A stretch of 48,842 nucleotides of DNA from NCBI GenBank assembly GCA_018398765.1, contig JAHBMJ010000404.1:1-48842 (forward strand), in the 5' to 3' direction. Under the pieces are notes generated by a model. The model saw nothing but the letters and a program-made list of their open reading frames with translations, did not search any database and was not told the origin of the DNA. This document shows positions 13,266 through 27,388 of the stretch, piece by piece. The stretch is from Chromera velia (lineage: Eukaryota). Both the position numbers and the translations under genes were made by a program. The stretch's first letter is position 1. Each line of letters begins with the position of its first letter.

Positions 13266-16200
13266 CTACGAGAGGCTGATTCGGCGCTGGTGCATCAAAA
13301 GCCGTGCTGCATGCGTCAATCCCTCGGCTCCGAGAGACGCACCCCTTCCCCTGGCGATCAAAATTTGACGCGCTCTCACGAGAAGCAGTTGCCGATACTC
13401 CAGTTTTTCCCGGCTGTCTGCCTCGAATGCCCTGTCTGCACACCGAGAGTGTGCCTTCATTCTAGAGTCTGTTGGGGTCAGCAGCCCCTCCCACACGTCA
13501 GTCTGTTCTTCCTCGTCCCCAAAAAACACAGAGCCCCCAAACAACCAGAGACATGCCGCAGCCCCCCTCAGAGTCAGACAAGGCCCCCACACCTTCTCAC
13601 CGCCCTCTGCAGAATGCGCACAGACAGCCGAAGAAGCTGCAGGAGAAGAGACGCCAAGTCTTTCCCCTGCGCCTTCCACTTCATCGACAATCCTAGAAGG
13701 CAGAGGATCCCCCAGTGCGCAGGCACGATCAAAGAGAAGAGAAGACCTCCCTCTCTGCAGCCGGGGTGCGAAGAGACAAACCGACACTCCAACCTCCCGC
13801 CTGCTTATGCCATCTTCACCTTCTTTACTGCCCTGCTGTAGACGGGGAACCCTGAGAGCATCCAAAGCTTGTGAGACCTCAAAACGGCTCAGAACTACCA
13901 CGGCCTTGAGACGGCATGACGATGAAGAGCTCCCTTCACCCACAGGCGTCCCCTCTCGATCTGTCCGAGAACCACCTTCCCCCTCACGCCTCTCCCACAC
14001 GAATGCAACGAACAGGGGCTCCTTCAAGAACGTGTCCCTCGATCGGGGAGGAAGGCCGTCCGGAGACGAAGACGAGGGACTGGAAGGAGAGGCAGAGGAG
14101 GACCCTGCAGGCTTTTTCTTTACATCTTTCACCACGCCCCCCTCTGCTTGGGATCCCTTCTCCTTGTGCGCATCTCCTAGAAGAATCTCTGCGCACTGGA
14201 CAAAGTCAACAGACGCAAAGACTCCCTGTGGAAAGGGAAAGCAAAACTCTTCTCTGCGGGAGTCCGGTCTTTGCATTCCCTCTTGCTCCCTCACCTTTCT
14301 GTTTTCTTTTTTCAGGGCCAAATGAGGATACAGATCAAAAAGGGAGGAAACGGAGGAGGCAGCGAGGGCCCCGGAAAGAGGCACCAACCCATAAGTGCTA
14401 CTGTAACGATTGGCGGCATGATCGGAGACTGGGGGCATGATGTCTGACCAGAGACGGTCACGGAGGAGGGAGCGGATCGCTGGATGGAAATGGGGTCTTA
14501 GCGGGTTTGCATTCGGGAGCCTTTCCGGCGGGGGTCTGGGTGCTTCGACCTCCGTCTCCATCTCCCTCTCCTGTTCCTCTTCGTGTCCCTCAGAGTCACC
14601 CAGGACACGAACACCTGCCCCAAACCTGCGGAGCCTGGAGAGGAAATGCGACACAAAGCTTTGGGCAGTCTCCCGAGTTTCAATTTCCCCACCCCCCCGC
14701 CTTTCCCTTTCTCTCCCCCCCTCGCCAGGTTGGGGCACAACCTCTGCTTGCACCACGCAGACAGAAGCATCCCTCTCATCTGCTGCGGGAGGGGTGGGCA
14801 ATCGATCGTGGATGGTTTCTGGAGAGAGCTGGAGGCTCGTGCTTACTGCCTCTAATCTTCTCTGTGCCCGAGAGAGGAGCGAGATCTCTTGTCTGGAGGA
14901 ACCGAAGAGAGACTCTAGAGAGGAGCCCTCGGTCTCTAGACTCGATTTGCTTACCTGCAAGCACACATCACACATCAGCGCGGACGTAAAGAGAAAAATG
15001 TAAGAACTCTCATTCGATGCAACGCACCGTTCTCAAAAGAAGCTAGGGCGAAAAGGACGCCCTCGATCGGATGCATTCACTGTCTTTTGTTGTAAGGTGG
15101 TCTCATGATTCTCTTCTGTTATTGATCTTTGATGCCATTAATATCTCTTTGCGACAACTGAACAGGTTCTCTTAACTGTTGCGGTGATCGATATCTCTTT
15201 CTTTCACTGCCATTTTTTCCTTGTGTCCCGGTGGAAAGCTTGCAAATTCATGCCATGTCACGAAATTCATAAATTTGCAAACAACCCAAAATCTTTCATA
15301 TTTAGAAACAAAACGAGTCGATCACCTTACCGCTGCAAGGTCGTCTCCATGTTGCGATGATGCCACAACTTTCCGCAGATGCGTCCCACAGGCGTCAACC
15401 AGATGGCTCAGGTCCCCCTCCACAGCTGCAACCAGATTGGCCACAGACCAACGGAGGACCTCAGATGGGGCTGCAGGAATCGATAAAACCTCCGGTGGTC
15501 CCCCTCCGTTTCCCCCCTTCTCTGTGTCTGAGCTTTGCACCTCCTTTTGTGGATGCAGACCTGCGGAAGCGCCCCCTTGCAGCAGCCTCCTTTTGGGAAT
15601 CTGACGGTCCACCTCTGCAGATGCCAAGAAGGCAACCGTTTGGCCTCTTGCGAGCAGACGCAAACGGAGACATGTCTGGAGGAGCTTGTCTGCTGTCATG
15701 CCCCGACCCAGAGTCACACACGCACAGGAATCGGGTGCGAAGGGAAGGTCAGTGCCTCGACAGTGCGCCTCGTCCAGGTACACTGCACAATCCCTCAGAG
15801 AGACGTTGAAGGGGGAGAGCTCCAGAGGCTGCTCTCTGCCGTGTCGGTCCAAAGCGAGGGGTCGATCAGAATCGGGGTCAAAGAAGATCGCTGCTCTACA
15901 GTGAGGACGCAGGCGCAGCCATTCCTGCGCGGTCTCTCTGTTGTCCAAATCCACCACCAAAGCCCCCCCATCAAGCAGAACATTCACGTGAGGAAGCCAA
16001 GACGATACGGATGAGAGAATCTCTGCACCTGTCGCAGATGACGACTCCAAACTTCGATATCCCCCACTCGCCCCCGTCAACAGTCTCGCCATCATCTCTC
16101 CGTTGGTGCCCACCAAACGAGGCAGGTCTCGCTGTCGCATTGGGGGGGGCAGCAGTGCTTGCGTGTTATTCGTGCCAGAGAACCCTACAGCTGGTGCTTT

Positions 16201-19200
16201 CCCACCCCTTTCCCCACTCAGGCCATGCACTAATTCACATGCTGTGGCTGCCAGTCTGAACGGGAACTGACGGGACTCGACTGGAAACACAACTTCTGAA
16301 AGGAAAAAGTCCACGACTTTCATGTGCTTCCTCATCACCGGAAACACACACTCCTTGACTGTCGTCAAATCACCCTGAAGATTCACGCCCCCCCCGGAAC
16401 GGAGCTCAGGAGGAAGGGCCTCCCCAACGCCCCTAGACCATTCGGCGTAGATGTCACTGCAGTTGTCCTTCCCCCCACAAAGCGTTAAAACTTGTACGAA
16501 TTCGTCAAACGAAAGCCCCGACCTGTACCTGTCGATCTGCATTCATTAAGACAAATGCAGCCATGCATGCACGGAAAGAACCGGATTGGTTTGGCATTCT
16601 GCATTCAATGACACGCTCAAGAGAGAGTTGCAAGAACAGCGACTGATGCAAGGACAACCGCTGTGTCAGAGAGGTGGACGGATGCGCACCTTTTCCTTCC
16701 CTCAGTTGACAGACCTGTGTGAGGAGAAGCGAAACATGGGGATGGCCAAAGTCGGTGTTCGGTTTAGGACGATCCTTCGCAGCGAAGGGCACAGCCAGCC
16801 CTCCCTTTCCCCTCCCATACTGGACTCTCCAACGCAAGCGCAGAGAAAAGAAAAGAAGATCAAATCCCAAAAGCCCACGAAGGAGAAGCGCGGGTACCCT
16901 CTGGGAGGCTCCCAGAGCTCCGAGGACTTCCGAAAGTTCCGTCTCCTCCAGTGCGCCCTCAACAAGGAATCGGAAGAGTTTGGATTGGGAGATGGCAGTA
17001 CCCGTTGCAGAGGACGCGGAGGCAAGGAGAGGGGCGAAGACGCCGCTGCCTTCTGTAGTGTGTCCACTGATGATCACGTCGACCATCCGGGCCCTCAATT
17101 CCGTCCATGCCGTCTCGGAGGTCAGCTGAAGAGAACAGAACTCCCACGGCCTGTCTGCAAACTCGCTGTCCATCTGTAAGTGGGCCCCCCCCAGCTTCTC
17201 CAAGACAGAAGGGCTCAGAGCCCTGGCCAGACGGAGAGCAGACTGCACACCGTCCCACACGGATGCCCCCCCGTCCACTCCTGTCTGACGCCCCACTGTG
17301 TACACAAGAGACCTGCACACACACGCACACACACACGCGCGCGCGCGCGCGCGTGCACACACACAAAGAGAGATGTATAAGCATGAAGGCGCAAGATCTT
17401 CAACCCAAAAGTCACGTGAACACTGTCATTCCAATACACAACAAACACACACGCTTTGAGCAGAGGAGAAGCACAAGAGGAGAGAAGAGAAACTACGGGA
17501 CTCTGGTTTCTTCAGACGAGGGATGCACCCTGAAAGAAGAAAACGCGAGGGAGAGAAATGGAAGACTCATGCACACAAAACAGATATACGCATCAAAAAA
17601 GAAATCCTGCACGCACGGACCTTCTGGGTGAGAGCACTTCGTCTGTCTCGTCAATGAAGTCCCGTGCGAAGGTCTCAAGCGTCCGCACAAAGCCGTCAAG
17701 CTCAGAGGCCACATGCATCAGGCCCCCCCTGAAGTTCCTCTCTTGAACAACTCCATGCTGTTCCTCCTCTTTCTCTTTCTGCTGAACAAATGCAAATGCA
17801 GGGTCTGAATTTTCTCTCTTTCCCCTCCTGGACCTCTGCCTCTGTTTCTTCTGCTGCTGCTGCATGTCCTCTCCTGCCTCCTGCTGCTTTGCACTACCTC
17901 CCTCTGCACCCCCCTCTCTCTCTGCCCGCAGTGCCAGATCGAGAACCTTCAGAGACAGAGACTGCCGTTGTTCCGGAGATGCAACGACGATAGACGGCCT
18001 CTTCACGAGACTCATCTGGGCTCTCCCCCCAGTCTCAGACCGCCTCTCCACCTTGCTCTTGACCTTCACCCCGTTTTCCCCCTTGGGGGAATCCTCATCG
18101 TCCTTAAAACTGTCATCGCACACAGCACCGTCCAACACAGTGCGCATGGCGCGAACGGCCGGGAGGTCTAGGAAAGCGTCCCGTCGGCAAGGGAAGGTCA
18201 GGACTCGACACCCGAGAAGGCCTCCCAGCTTCCCTCTCAGATCTTGGAAGCACAGCTCCAGCAAGGGCCCCGGCACAGTCACACGGGGGATGCACGCAGT
18301 GGGTCCCTTTCCCTTCCCTCCCTCAACACACTTCCCGGATTCCGTCAAAAGGGAGGCGCTGCAAAGCATTGGGAGGATCACCTTCGTCTTCCCCTCCCCT
18401 GGCTCCATCTGCACAGCCAGGGGACCTCTTTCTGCACTCCCATCCCCCCCTCCCGAAAACATATGAAGGAACACCTCGAACTGCGCAGGCCTGATCAAGA
18501 GGTCATTCTCCACTTCCAACAAGAGAAAGCAAGGCCAATCACAGGGACGCCAGTTCACATGACCTGGATTCAACCACTCTCTTTCAAGGCGACGCCGCAC
18601 ACCGAGATGGTCATCCTGGACCTGAGAGTCACCTTCTTCTGTCTCACTCTTCGCTTCTTCTGCTAGATGTGCAAGACGCCTAGCACGATCCTCCAACGTC
18701 CATGCCACACACAGCCCACCCTTCAATGTTCGTCGTACCGCTTCAGACAACTGGCTGTCACATCTTTCCTCTGCCTCTTCCTGCACACTTTCTGATTGCT
18801 GATCCAAAAGAGAAAGAAGGACATACGAAGGGATGACTGCTGTCTGATCCCACATCCCGACAGCTGCAAGTGCCTTCCCACCCTCGTCTCCAGGCCGAGG
18901 TTCTGTCCACTCACACACACACTCCTGTATCTTTCTCGTCACTGCACATCGCTCTCTTAACAGAAGCGCCCAAAATTCCCTGTCCCCACCCCCCTTCGAA
19001 ACATCTGTTCCCTCCCCCGCCTGTGTCCGTACATCTTCTCCCAGACATCCATTCCCATTCCCTCCCCAACAGAGACTCTCTTCGTCGTCTGCTGACCTAT
19101 CCTGCCCCTTGCTCTTCCCCTCAACACTCTTTTCTTCATTCTCATTGTCTTCATATTCCCGGTCACCCCCCCCACCCAGTGTCGCAAAGGCCTCCACAGT

Positions 19201-20516
19201 CTCCCCCAACCTCTGCCTAAAGTCTGCACCCACCTCTGACTCCTCTGTCCCTCCAACAGCGGTCGACAACTCCGATTCCAATTCTCTCAGGGCCTCTGTC
19301 TGCTTTGCCCTCTCTTCCTTCTCACCGAGACCAGAGGCCTTTCCCTCTCCCAACAAACCTCTGCATTTCGACTCTTCACTTCCCATTCTGTCCGACTTTC
19401 CACAAAAAAGCCTTTCCGCAAGCTGGAAACCTTCAGATCGCTTCATGGTCTCCAGATCTGCACTTTCCAAAACCCGAAGCGAAACCGTCCGGACAGGCAA
19501 CCCGAAACCCGTCCCCGCATTGCGAATCTTCCGAAGATCGCGTGGCTGGGCCAGGGGCGTTGCGGGGCTTGCAATGAGGACCCGCAAACGAGCTAGACTT
19601 TCTGTTGCAGCCGCCTCTGACAGCCTCTGCTCCACCTGACCGCAAAAGTTCGCAAGTCTGCGGTTGCCATGCCAGAGAGCGAGGCGCGAGTTGACAGCAT
19701 CGACCAAATCTTCCGAGACTTCCAGAACACCAGGGCTGCCGTCGGGGGGGCAGATCGCTGTATGTCTTTTCAGAAGAGCCTCCGAAATAACGGGGGCAGG
19801 CTGGCTGTTGTCGGAACTAGAACGGGAGGGGCTCCACGCAGCCACACAGACCTGCAGTCAGCCAAACAGGGAAGGGGTTTGGAAATAACTGAACGATAGA
19901 GGCACAACTGCTTCAGTCATCAGACAGCTGGAGTAAGAGAAGAAATCGCCGCCAAGTTGGCACGAATGAAGGAGAGCAGGGAGCTGCACCATTTGAGACA
20001 CAGAGCAGTAGTGAAGGAATGGAAGAAGGGCAGTGAAAGAGGACCATGCCGATCGACGATCAGCACAGAAAGGCCGGAAGGAAAGAGGGCATCAAAACCA
20101 AGTCAATGAAGCAGACGGAGAGGAAGAGAGGCATACCTCAATAAATGCATCCACTGCAGCTTCCACTCTCCTTGCGTGGTCTGCATTGATTCTTTTTGGA
20201 TCCGACACGAGAGTGAACTCGGCGTCCTTCCCTCTCTGTTCCTCCGCAAGTGCGGCCTCCTCTGCCTCCAGTTGGGCTCCCCTCTCAAGGAGAAGAGAGG
20301 ATGCAGTGCGGGCCCATTCGTCCTGGTTACTCCCATCGCTTTCTGCCTTCGGGAGTCTCTCTCTAAACTCGGGCTCTGGCAGAAGGGAGAGAACCGTTGT
20401 GACAGCCTTCTTCCCCGACCAGCCTTGGGACAGTCTCTCCCGGGCCTGAAAGTGAGAAGAAGTCGCACGGACGCACGCACACACACACGCACACACACAC
20501 ACAGAGAGAGAGAGAG

Positions 20517-20576
<60 letters not shown>

Positions 20577-20790
20577 AGATTTTGTGTGTGATTGTGTGTG
20601 TGTGTGAGAGAGAGAGAGGTGAAATGGAACACCAGATGAAGGCAGAAACGGCAACTTGATGCAGGGAAGCAGAGGAAAAGCCAACATTCTGCACTCAAGA
20701 GGCTTCTGTCTTGCGTCCGTCGGTCGGTGACGTCATTTTGTCTCTTCCCTCCTATTTGTCGTGCCACTGCCCGTGCGTGTGGCGAGCGGG

Positions 20791-20832
<42 letters not shown>

Positions 20833-20838
20833 TACATG

Positions 20839-20883
<45 letters not shown>

Positions 20884-22000
20884 TGGAGAGAGAGAGAGGT
20901 GAGCCAGTGAGAGAGTGGCGGGCAGATGCGAAACGGCAAAGCTCAACCCCTATAGCCCCTTCTCCTCTCTTTCACTTCTTCAGCTCCTCCGATTCGAAAA
21001 AAAGAAGGGCATGGACAGGGAGGGTTACTGACTCACCTTCAGAAGGTTGTCGGCCTGCCTCCGGAGACTCTGTCTGGTCTTTGACACCTCCTGCCTCTCC
21101 CTTTCCCTCTCTCGTGACTGAGGCTCCGTCTGCTCTCTCCGGAAGGCCTTTGCGTTCTTCGTCCGTCCAGCGCACAGCCGTCTCAAAGCCGTGACGTCAA
21201 TTTCAGTTTCCGTCGGGTCACACGTCCCCCCCTGGCTGCTCATCGGCACGTCGGGGAGACGCAGGGAACCCAGATCACCCCCTCTTGCCTTCATCATGAT
21301 GAGCAGCTGGAGCAGCCCCGGGTCCGCGTTCAGAAACGCGAGAGCAGAAATGCACGTTGCCCAGAGAGCCGGGTGTGTGCACTGTTGTGAGATGGAGAAC
21401 AGTGAGAGGAAGTAACGGTCTGCAGCCTCCTTGCAGTCAGGGAGGCGGGACGGATCCCCTGCTTGTGCAGTCGTCTCTGCAATTAGATCAAACGAATCGT
21501 TTTACTTATCAGAGAGAGAGTGAAGTCAGCAAAAAGAAAAACAGCTGTGCGGTGCCGAGAGAGTCACGAGAGCCGATCGAGGAATGCAATTTTGACGAAA
21601 CTCCATCCATCCAGTTCCGCCACTCCCGTTCCCTCTCTATCAACATACGGACGGGAGTTTCTCACTTTTTTGATTATTGCAGCAGCCTCTTGGACATAGA
21701 GAGATCAGCCAGACAGACAGACGGCCTGCAGCGGCAGAAAGAAGCCTTGCTTGTAAGAACGTCAGAAAGAAACAACACAGATATTCCCTCAGTCACTCAT
21801 TAGCTCTTTGACTCTTTCTCTGGCTGAGTCACTGAGTGACTGACCCATTTTTCTGAGAGGCGACCTCATCCACCTCTTCCATCCAGGCAGCACAGAGGAG
21901 AGAGACCCCGAGAGGGAGGGTAGTCGCACATCCACTGCATTCATGCATGCACAAGAAGGGAAAGGGGGAGGAGAGAAGGGAAGCATACTTGCATTGCACG

Positions 22001-22043
<43 letters not shown>

Positions 22044-25000
22044 GGAAGAGGAAACCGCTCACGCAGAAGAGAGCGGTAAGATTCAATGAGCGAGAACGAG
22101 AAAGGGACAGCAACTTAGAACGAAAAAGAGAAATTGCGACAGAAACAAATTCACAAAATGTTTTTCTTCCTTGGCCTCGTCCCCGTTCCCCCCCTTTCTC
22201 ATCCCACTGACCTCCTGATGAATCGCCTCCATGCTTGCCGGTCTGTTGAACAGCCAGTGCCTTTTTAGACAAAGCAAAACCAGAGAAGGAACGAGGAATG
22301 TAGGCGCCTCGCACCCAGGTGCAAGAACGACCCGAAGCGACTGCGAATGCTAGCTCGGTCAACCGTCTGGCGGGGTGTGCTTCTGTCCGGAGAATCGAGA
22401 CCACCGGGTGAGCGTTCAAACACCTCCCTTTGGCCACTCGATCTCTCAGTGCTTCGGGCTGTGCCAGGGGATGCTCTTTTGGATCTGGGTGTGAGAAGGG
22501 AAGGGATAGAGCATCTGCAGCACCTCTCTCGGCAAAACGGCGGTCGGGTGCTCCTGGCAAAGCGTGGGGGTACAGGGAAGGAAGGGGCGGTTGACTGTTC
22601 TGTGCACGCATGTTCGACTCTTTTTCTTTCCCTTTCCCATGAAGCGGTTGGAGTAGAGTAGCTGCCTTCAAAAGACTGTCTACGCACAGAGCGTAAGCAT
22701 CGAGGGCGCACGACGGAGGAACAAAAAGAGGCCACTCTTGCTTCTCAACAACACCGTCGGAAGCGCCTGCGTAGTCGTTGGAGGCACTCCCCCTGCTGTC
22801 TCTCTTTTCTCTTTGGTGACCGACAGGAGACGTGTCTCCGACAGCAGAAGCAGCAGAAGCAGAAAAATTCTCATTGGAAGGAAGGGGCAGCAAATTGGAT
22901 GCGCAAACGCGGGAGCGCACAGGCGACAACTTCGAAAGTGCAGACAGTACTCTGGCCTCTGCTTTGGACCTCGGATGGCAGCTCCACACTGCAGCACACT
23001 GGAGAATTTGAAGCGCCAGAGAGGACGCTGGGAGGCCCGTAAAGGCATCTGGAAACGGACTCGAACAGGAGGCTAAAAGGAGACAGAGAAAGAGCTCTGC
23101 TACTGGGCACAGAGGTCTGGAGATCGGTCTTTTGAGTCTGGAGTCGAGATGAAACACCATCAGGGGAGACGCTCCACAGGCCTCTGCCCCGTCTCCGAGA
23201 GGCACAATCCTCGTCTCGCTGCGTTCCCAATCACTCCCTTCCAGAACTTCCTGAGGGGTCCCTATGACCACCTCACCAAAAGGAACGAGAAGGAGAGCTT
23301 CTGTGCGTTCTCTGAGGACGTTCAACTCCCCCTCCCCCTCCTTCCCCTCTTCACCCTTCCCAAACTGCTTGATCTGCTTTTGCTGGGGACGGAGGAGAAG
23401 GCGGTGTCTGAGACGATAGAGTGTGCCGGGGCACTGGCGTTCTGCCACCACCCATCCAGGAAAGTCATCAGGGGTGATTTTGACAGGCAGCTTCTCAGAC
23501 CTCTCTGCTGGAACCTCCACCGTGAAGGAGACGTCAAGAGGGGGCAGGTCGACAGTGCAGGCAACGACTCCGTCCCCCTCCCCCCCTGTACCAGAGCGCT
23601 GTACCGCCTCTGAGGGGACCCATAAATGAAGGGCCCCGGCATCCTCTGTGAGCCTATTGAAGACCCCCAGACGGACCTTCTGGACTGCCTTCCCTCGAAT
23701 GTCTGCCAGAAGCCGCCCTCCCGAAAGGGAGGCTTCTTCCAAGGCACTCATCCATCGGTCTACTTCCTCGGGTGAGTGTACCCCTTCAACTGATGCTTCC
23801 CACATACGCCCATTGTCGAGATGTAGGTAGAAGGGACGCAACTTATCTCTCCGGGGTGCGAACTCAGGATCTTCGAAGGAGACGGGCCTGAATTCAACGC
23901 ACCTCTTCTGTTTGTCAACCCAGTGGGAAAAGCCGTCAACAAAAACATCAGGGAGATCACCCCTGAAGGCATCATGAGCAACCAATTCAGACTCTCGTGT
24001 CCCCCCCCACAGGTCTCTGTCTACCGTCTCAATCACCGACAATTTGTTCCCACTCTCTAGACCAAAAGAATAAAAAGCGCCTCGGACTGCATTCTTTGTG
24101 GAGAAGAAACCCGCACGCCCTGCAGCAGGCCACACTTCAAGACGCGCATTTCCGAACACACGTTGGAAGACCGGATGGGACCGGATGGAAGAAGGGAGAA
24201 CGCCAGGGGGCGCACCCCCGACGAGAAACCTTCCACCCACAATATCCAGACTCAACCGAACTCCCACTTCACTCCCCTTCGAAGATGCCAAATTTTCCTT
24301 CTCTTCGCTTTCTGATGGAGAAGAGAGGGGAAGGTCAAGTGAATACCAACGATCGAGGTCTCCTGCCTCTCTTTTCCATCCTTTCAGTTGCCCGCCTTCT
24401 ACTCCTGCTGCCTCTGCCCATACCTTCCGAACAACAACAGAAAGGAGAGATTCTCCTTTCGCATCCTCCGTTCCCACAGCCCCCCTGTCTGCCTCATCTG
24501 CCTTCTCTCCAGACGCGATCTGATGAACTAACTGCTCGTGCTGAAGCCCCCAGTAGTGCACCATCCGGTCGAGATGAAAATCCCACACACCTCCCGTTTT
24601 AGGTCCACCGGTTTCCTTCTCCTTTCCCTTTCCCGTCCTTCCTTTACTTGCTGCTGTCTGGGAAAGAGCCACCGGAGAGGTCAGGGACGCGTCCCTAGCC
24701 ACTGCCAGCGCAAACAGCCACTGTGCGGCAGCTTCAGAGTCGTTGAAGAGCCCGTGAGACTGCAGACATCGGCTCTGCTCGAAAAAAGAAGATGCCAGAC
24801 CGACAGCACAGAGACGAAGTTGGGACTTCACAGCCAAGACCTCCTCGTCCGTTGCTTCGGCCATCGAGGCCAACCTGCGCTGCGCCGCCATCACCCACTT
24901 TTCTGCCACTGTCCGCACCTCCCTCACTGCCTCTGCAGCCTTCCGACCGACCTTCGAATCTTCCGAAGCTGCCACAAGGCGCAACAAAAGCGCAGAAAGA

Positions 25001-27352
25001 GAAAGCAACAGAGACGGCTCCCCCCAATTTTCTGAGCGTTCCCGCAAAGCCCTCACGATCTGGGACGTCAACCTCATCCCGAATGCGCTGTCAGCCTGCA
25101 TGCACAGGAAGGAAGGAGAGCATGCATCATGTCGAAAGAAAGAAAGAAAGACATTCATTCTCTTCAACAAAATCCGGAGAGGACACCAAGGCATGAAAGA
25201 CATCAGACAAGCACAAGTCACTTGCAAACGTCATGCAGTAAGATAGACGCACAAACAAACAAAAAACGCAATTGACCACTCGACCCTTCCCTTTGCTTGC
25301 AGGCACGCACAGCAACACGCGCCGCGGAACAACAAGCCCACAATTCTGAATGACAAGAAGCGATCTGATCCCTTCAGACAGTACACAGCAACACAAATCA
25401 TGAGAGCGCAGAACTCTGCCGCTCGGGATCGGGACTGTTGCTTTCAGAAAAAACACAGCAACACGTGCCGCATGGGGCAAGTTGAGACCCACTTCAAACA
25501 GGAATCGAAACGGAAAATCAAATCTCATCTCCGAGAAGGGTGTAAGCAGACTCGCATCAGAGAAGACAAAGACGGAAATAAATGAGAAGATGTTCGCTGA
25601 CATACCTGCAGACTCCACAGAAAGTCTCGTCGGCATTCCTTGCCCCTTCCCTCCAGCCCCCCGCCGACAGGAGGCCCTGCCTCCCAAACGCACTGCATCA
25701 CCAGAGCGCACACGGCTTGCGTCTCTAGACAGATACTGTTACTCTCCAGTCCCGCAGCCAGTGCGTGTAAAGCAATACCCCCCCCCTCAGCACGGAGAGA
25801 CGCAAATGCACGCAACGAAGGGATGCAGACACCGACAGAGGGAGCCGCAGTGGCGACACGGCAGACCGCGGCGTTCTCTGTCCTCCCCCTTTGCCCTTCC
25901 CCCCCCTCCCCTCTGGCCTCCAGGGCCCACTGAAAGCTTCTGTAGGCAGCAGGAGACTCGACGGGAAGAAGTGGGACTCCCTCGCGTACCCCCTGGGGCG
26001 ATGATGCCAGAGGGAGGGTCAGTCTGTCTCGAAGAAACACGCCGTCTGCTGCCATGCGACAGCAGACCGGAGCTGGTGGCATTTCGAGGGTCGTTGCTTC
26101 ATTAGAGAAGGATTCGGCTGCGTGTGAAAGGACAATCTCATTTCTTCCCACAACTGGACGTGAGCAGGAAAGAAACACCCGCCCCTCCTGGCGGCCATCC
26201 CTCAGATGGTCGTGCAACATGGGTGACGAGGTCCAACGATGGCAGTGCGAATGTCTGCCTTCCGGGGCTTTTCCGGACGGGCGTACCACACCCAGCGTCT
26301 CTCGCAACAACAGGAGCCCGTCTCGTGCTGTACCCCACGCAGCAGGCAACAGAAGTTCAAAGACGACGGCCCACTCGGGGGGGGACTCGGGCACGGGGAG
26401 GGGGCTGGTGGATACAGATATTCTCTGATTCTTCAGACCGTCTACTGCCACCTCCATCGTCCTTACATTCCTCCTCAATCTTTCCGTCTCCTTCTGAGCG
26501 AGACGCAGACGCTCCTGTGCCGTCTCTTCTTGTGCTCTCCACTCACACGTCTCCAGGACGCGCTCTGCAGAGAGAACCCCTGCTGTCCCTGTCTGTGGCC
26601 CCACAGATGTCTCTTGAAGGCGTCTCCTGAGCCTCTCAAGATTGGAAATCTGCTCGTTCTCAGCCTCTCTTGACCGTTCAAGCGCCTGCTTTTCGGAATC
26701 TAGCCGCGCCTCTGCGGCTCGGAGACGGGCCACCTCTCTCTCTAGCTGCAGAATGTGCGTATTCAAATCAGACAGGCATACCGTGAAGTCGTGCTACTGG
26801 AGCATGAAAAAAAGAAGAGGGTCTACGTTCTTCCCTTTCCAAACAAATGGTTCGCATGCCTCCTTTCCTTTTCTGTTCAAAGAACCAATGAGCGAGCGAG
26901 TTTGACTGCAGAGCAGCATTGTCGGAAAGGCCCTCACCGGCACGGCAGTAGCACCAGACAGAACGGGAAGACAGGACGGAAGGCATGACGGAGAAGAAGA
27001 AAAAAAAGACCTCAACTGACCTCTTGAGTTGCATCTGCCAATGCCTGTGCTGCTTGTGCCCTGACTGTGTTCCGAAGTTCCCGAGCCTCCTGGCTCCTCT
27101 GTGCAGCACGCACTGCTGGAGAGAGGACATATGACATTGCCCCCACTTGGGCAGCAGGCACATGATCTGCTGGATCAACAACACCAAGTCCTCCACCCCA
27201 GGCCCCCACTCCTGCCTCCTGTGCCGATGAGACGAAGGGCTCCGAGAGGATGTCTGAGGGGTGCGCCGCTTTCCCGTCTCGCTGTTCGGTCACATACCTT
27301 CATCAGGGCAGACACAACCATAGACATGAGCATGCATGGACGCACGCACAAG

Positions 27353-27388
<36 letters not shown>
